From: Alphaproteobacteria bacterium
Lineage (GTDB): Bacteria > Pseudomonadota > Alphaproteobacteria > GCA-2731375
NCBI GenBank assembly: GCA_965225945.1
Contig: CBDDBZ010000037.1
Coordinates: forward strand, 160,001-224,000
Direction of reading: 5' to 3'
Length of the DNA stretch: 64,000 nt
In this document: piece after piece, positions 63,417 through 64,000 of the stretch
Layout of the letters: the number at the start of each line of letters is the position of its first letter
How positions within the stretch are numbered: position 1 is the stretch's first letter
Notes under the pieces: model-generated
Told to the model about the DNA's origin: nothing
The model's database searches: none
What the model saw: only the letters and a program-made list of their open reading frames with translations
Position numbers and translations under genes: made by a program

Positions 63417-64000
63417 GGGTCAAGTCCGGATTCTGCTGGGAATTTTCTCCGGGGTTGCCTCCGTCGAGGCCTGTTCTGGTAGTTCCAGCTGGGCTTGGTA
63501 TTCCTGATCGAGTTCCTTCCTGACGGCGTCCATCTGGCGCCGCTCGAAGACGGTGACCTTGACTGCTTTCCATCGCTCGGCGGCGCGGCTCATGGCACCG
63601 AACATGAGCTTCAGTACCGCCTTTTCGCCGAAGGCGTTGGGGATGATCTTCAAGCGCCGGCGCTCCTCCCCGAACAATCTCTCCAGCAGGTTGGTGGTGC
63701 GGATCGCCCGGCGGTGATTGACCGGCATGCGCAGGTGCGCGATGCAGGCCTCGAAATCATCCAGGAAACAGGCCACCGCCGAGGGCAGCTCGCGCTCCCA
63801 GTCACGCACCACGCCCTCGGCCAGATCGCGGGCGATGGCGCGCGAGGGGGCCTGGTAGGCCGCTTGGGCGCGGGCCTTGAACTCCGGCCAGAGATCCTCG
63901 GGCACCTTCGCCGCCAAGTTCCTCATCCGGTGCGCGAGGCAGCGTTGGCGCGCGCTCCTGGGAAAACAAATCTCGATCGCCTTGATAATGCCAGGCGCGC
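63417..64000 (-). mobile_element. IS256-family element, partial (runs off the window)
   Basis: QRCLAHRMRNL and IRTTNLLERLFGEERRR motifs; end GGGTCAAGTCCGGA; transposase stop at 63420. Confidence 0.9.

Overview
GC-rich alphaproteobacterial chromosome segment; a Rhodospirillales-like origin is inferred from gene order only. Core genes are nuoJKLMN-birA-coaX-rnj-mce-DUF1467, an EF-G paralogue, tRNA-Ser(GCT), gyrA and purB, with many small metabolic genes between them. The window is heavily invaded by mobile DNA: two IS66, two IS1595, one enlarged IS21-type element, an IS1202-like remnant and a partial IS256. A duplicated tRNA-Lys 3' half marks the likely start of a genomic island carrying a broken filamentous-haemagglutinin-like gene. 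The best candidates for new biology are five. (1) A transposase-less 755/787-bp element present twice, with perfect 43-bp TIRs resembling the local IS1595 ends, an NrdR-box-like palindrome in each TIR, and an LRV/HEAT-repeat passenger gene; one copy has a third TIR-derived box inserted into the passenger. (2) A 4.14-kb IS21 element with a coupled four-gene operon (Cys-rich protein, IstA, IstB, degenerate DUF3991/Toprim protein) and a strand-specific leader hairpin. (3) An orphan S24 repressor plus DUF6456 switch with three operators, resembling GTA control genes. (4) Paired NrdR-like boxes and a 14-bp-periodic octamer array upstream of gyrA. (5) A 60-bp hairpin repeat found twice, one copy flanked by a 22-bp direct repeat. 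All family calls come from recognising motifs by eye; no database search was run.
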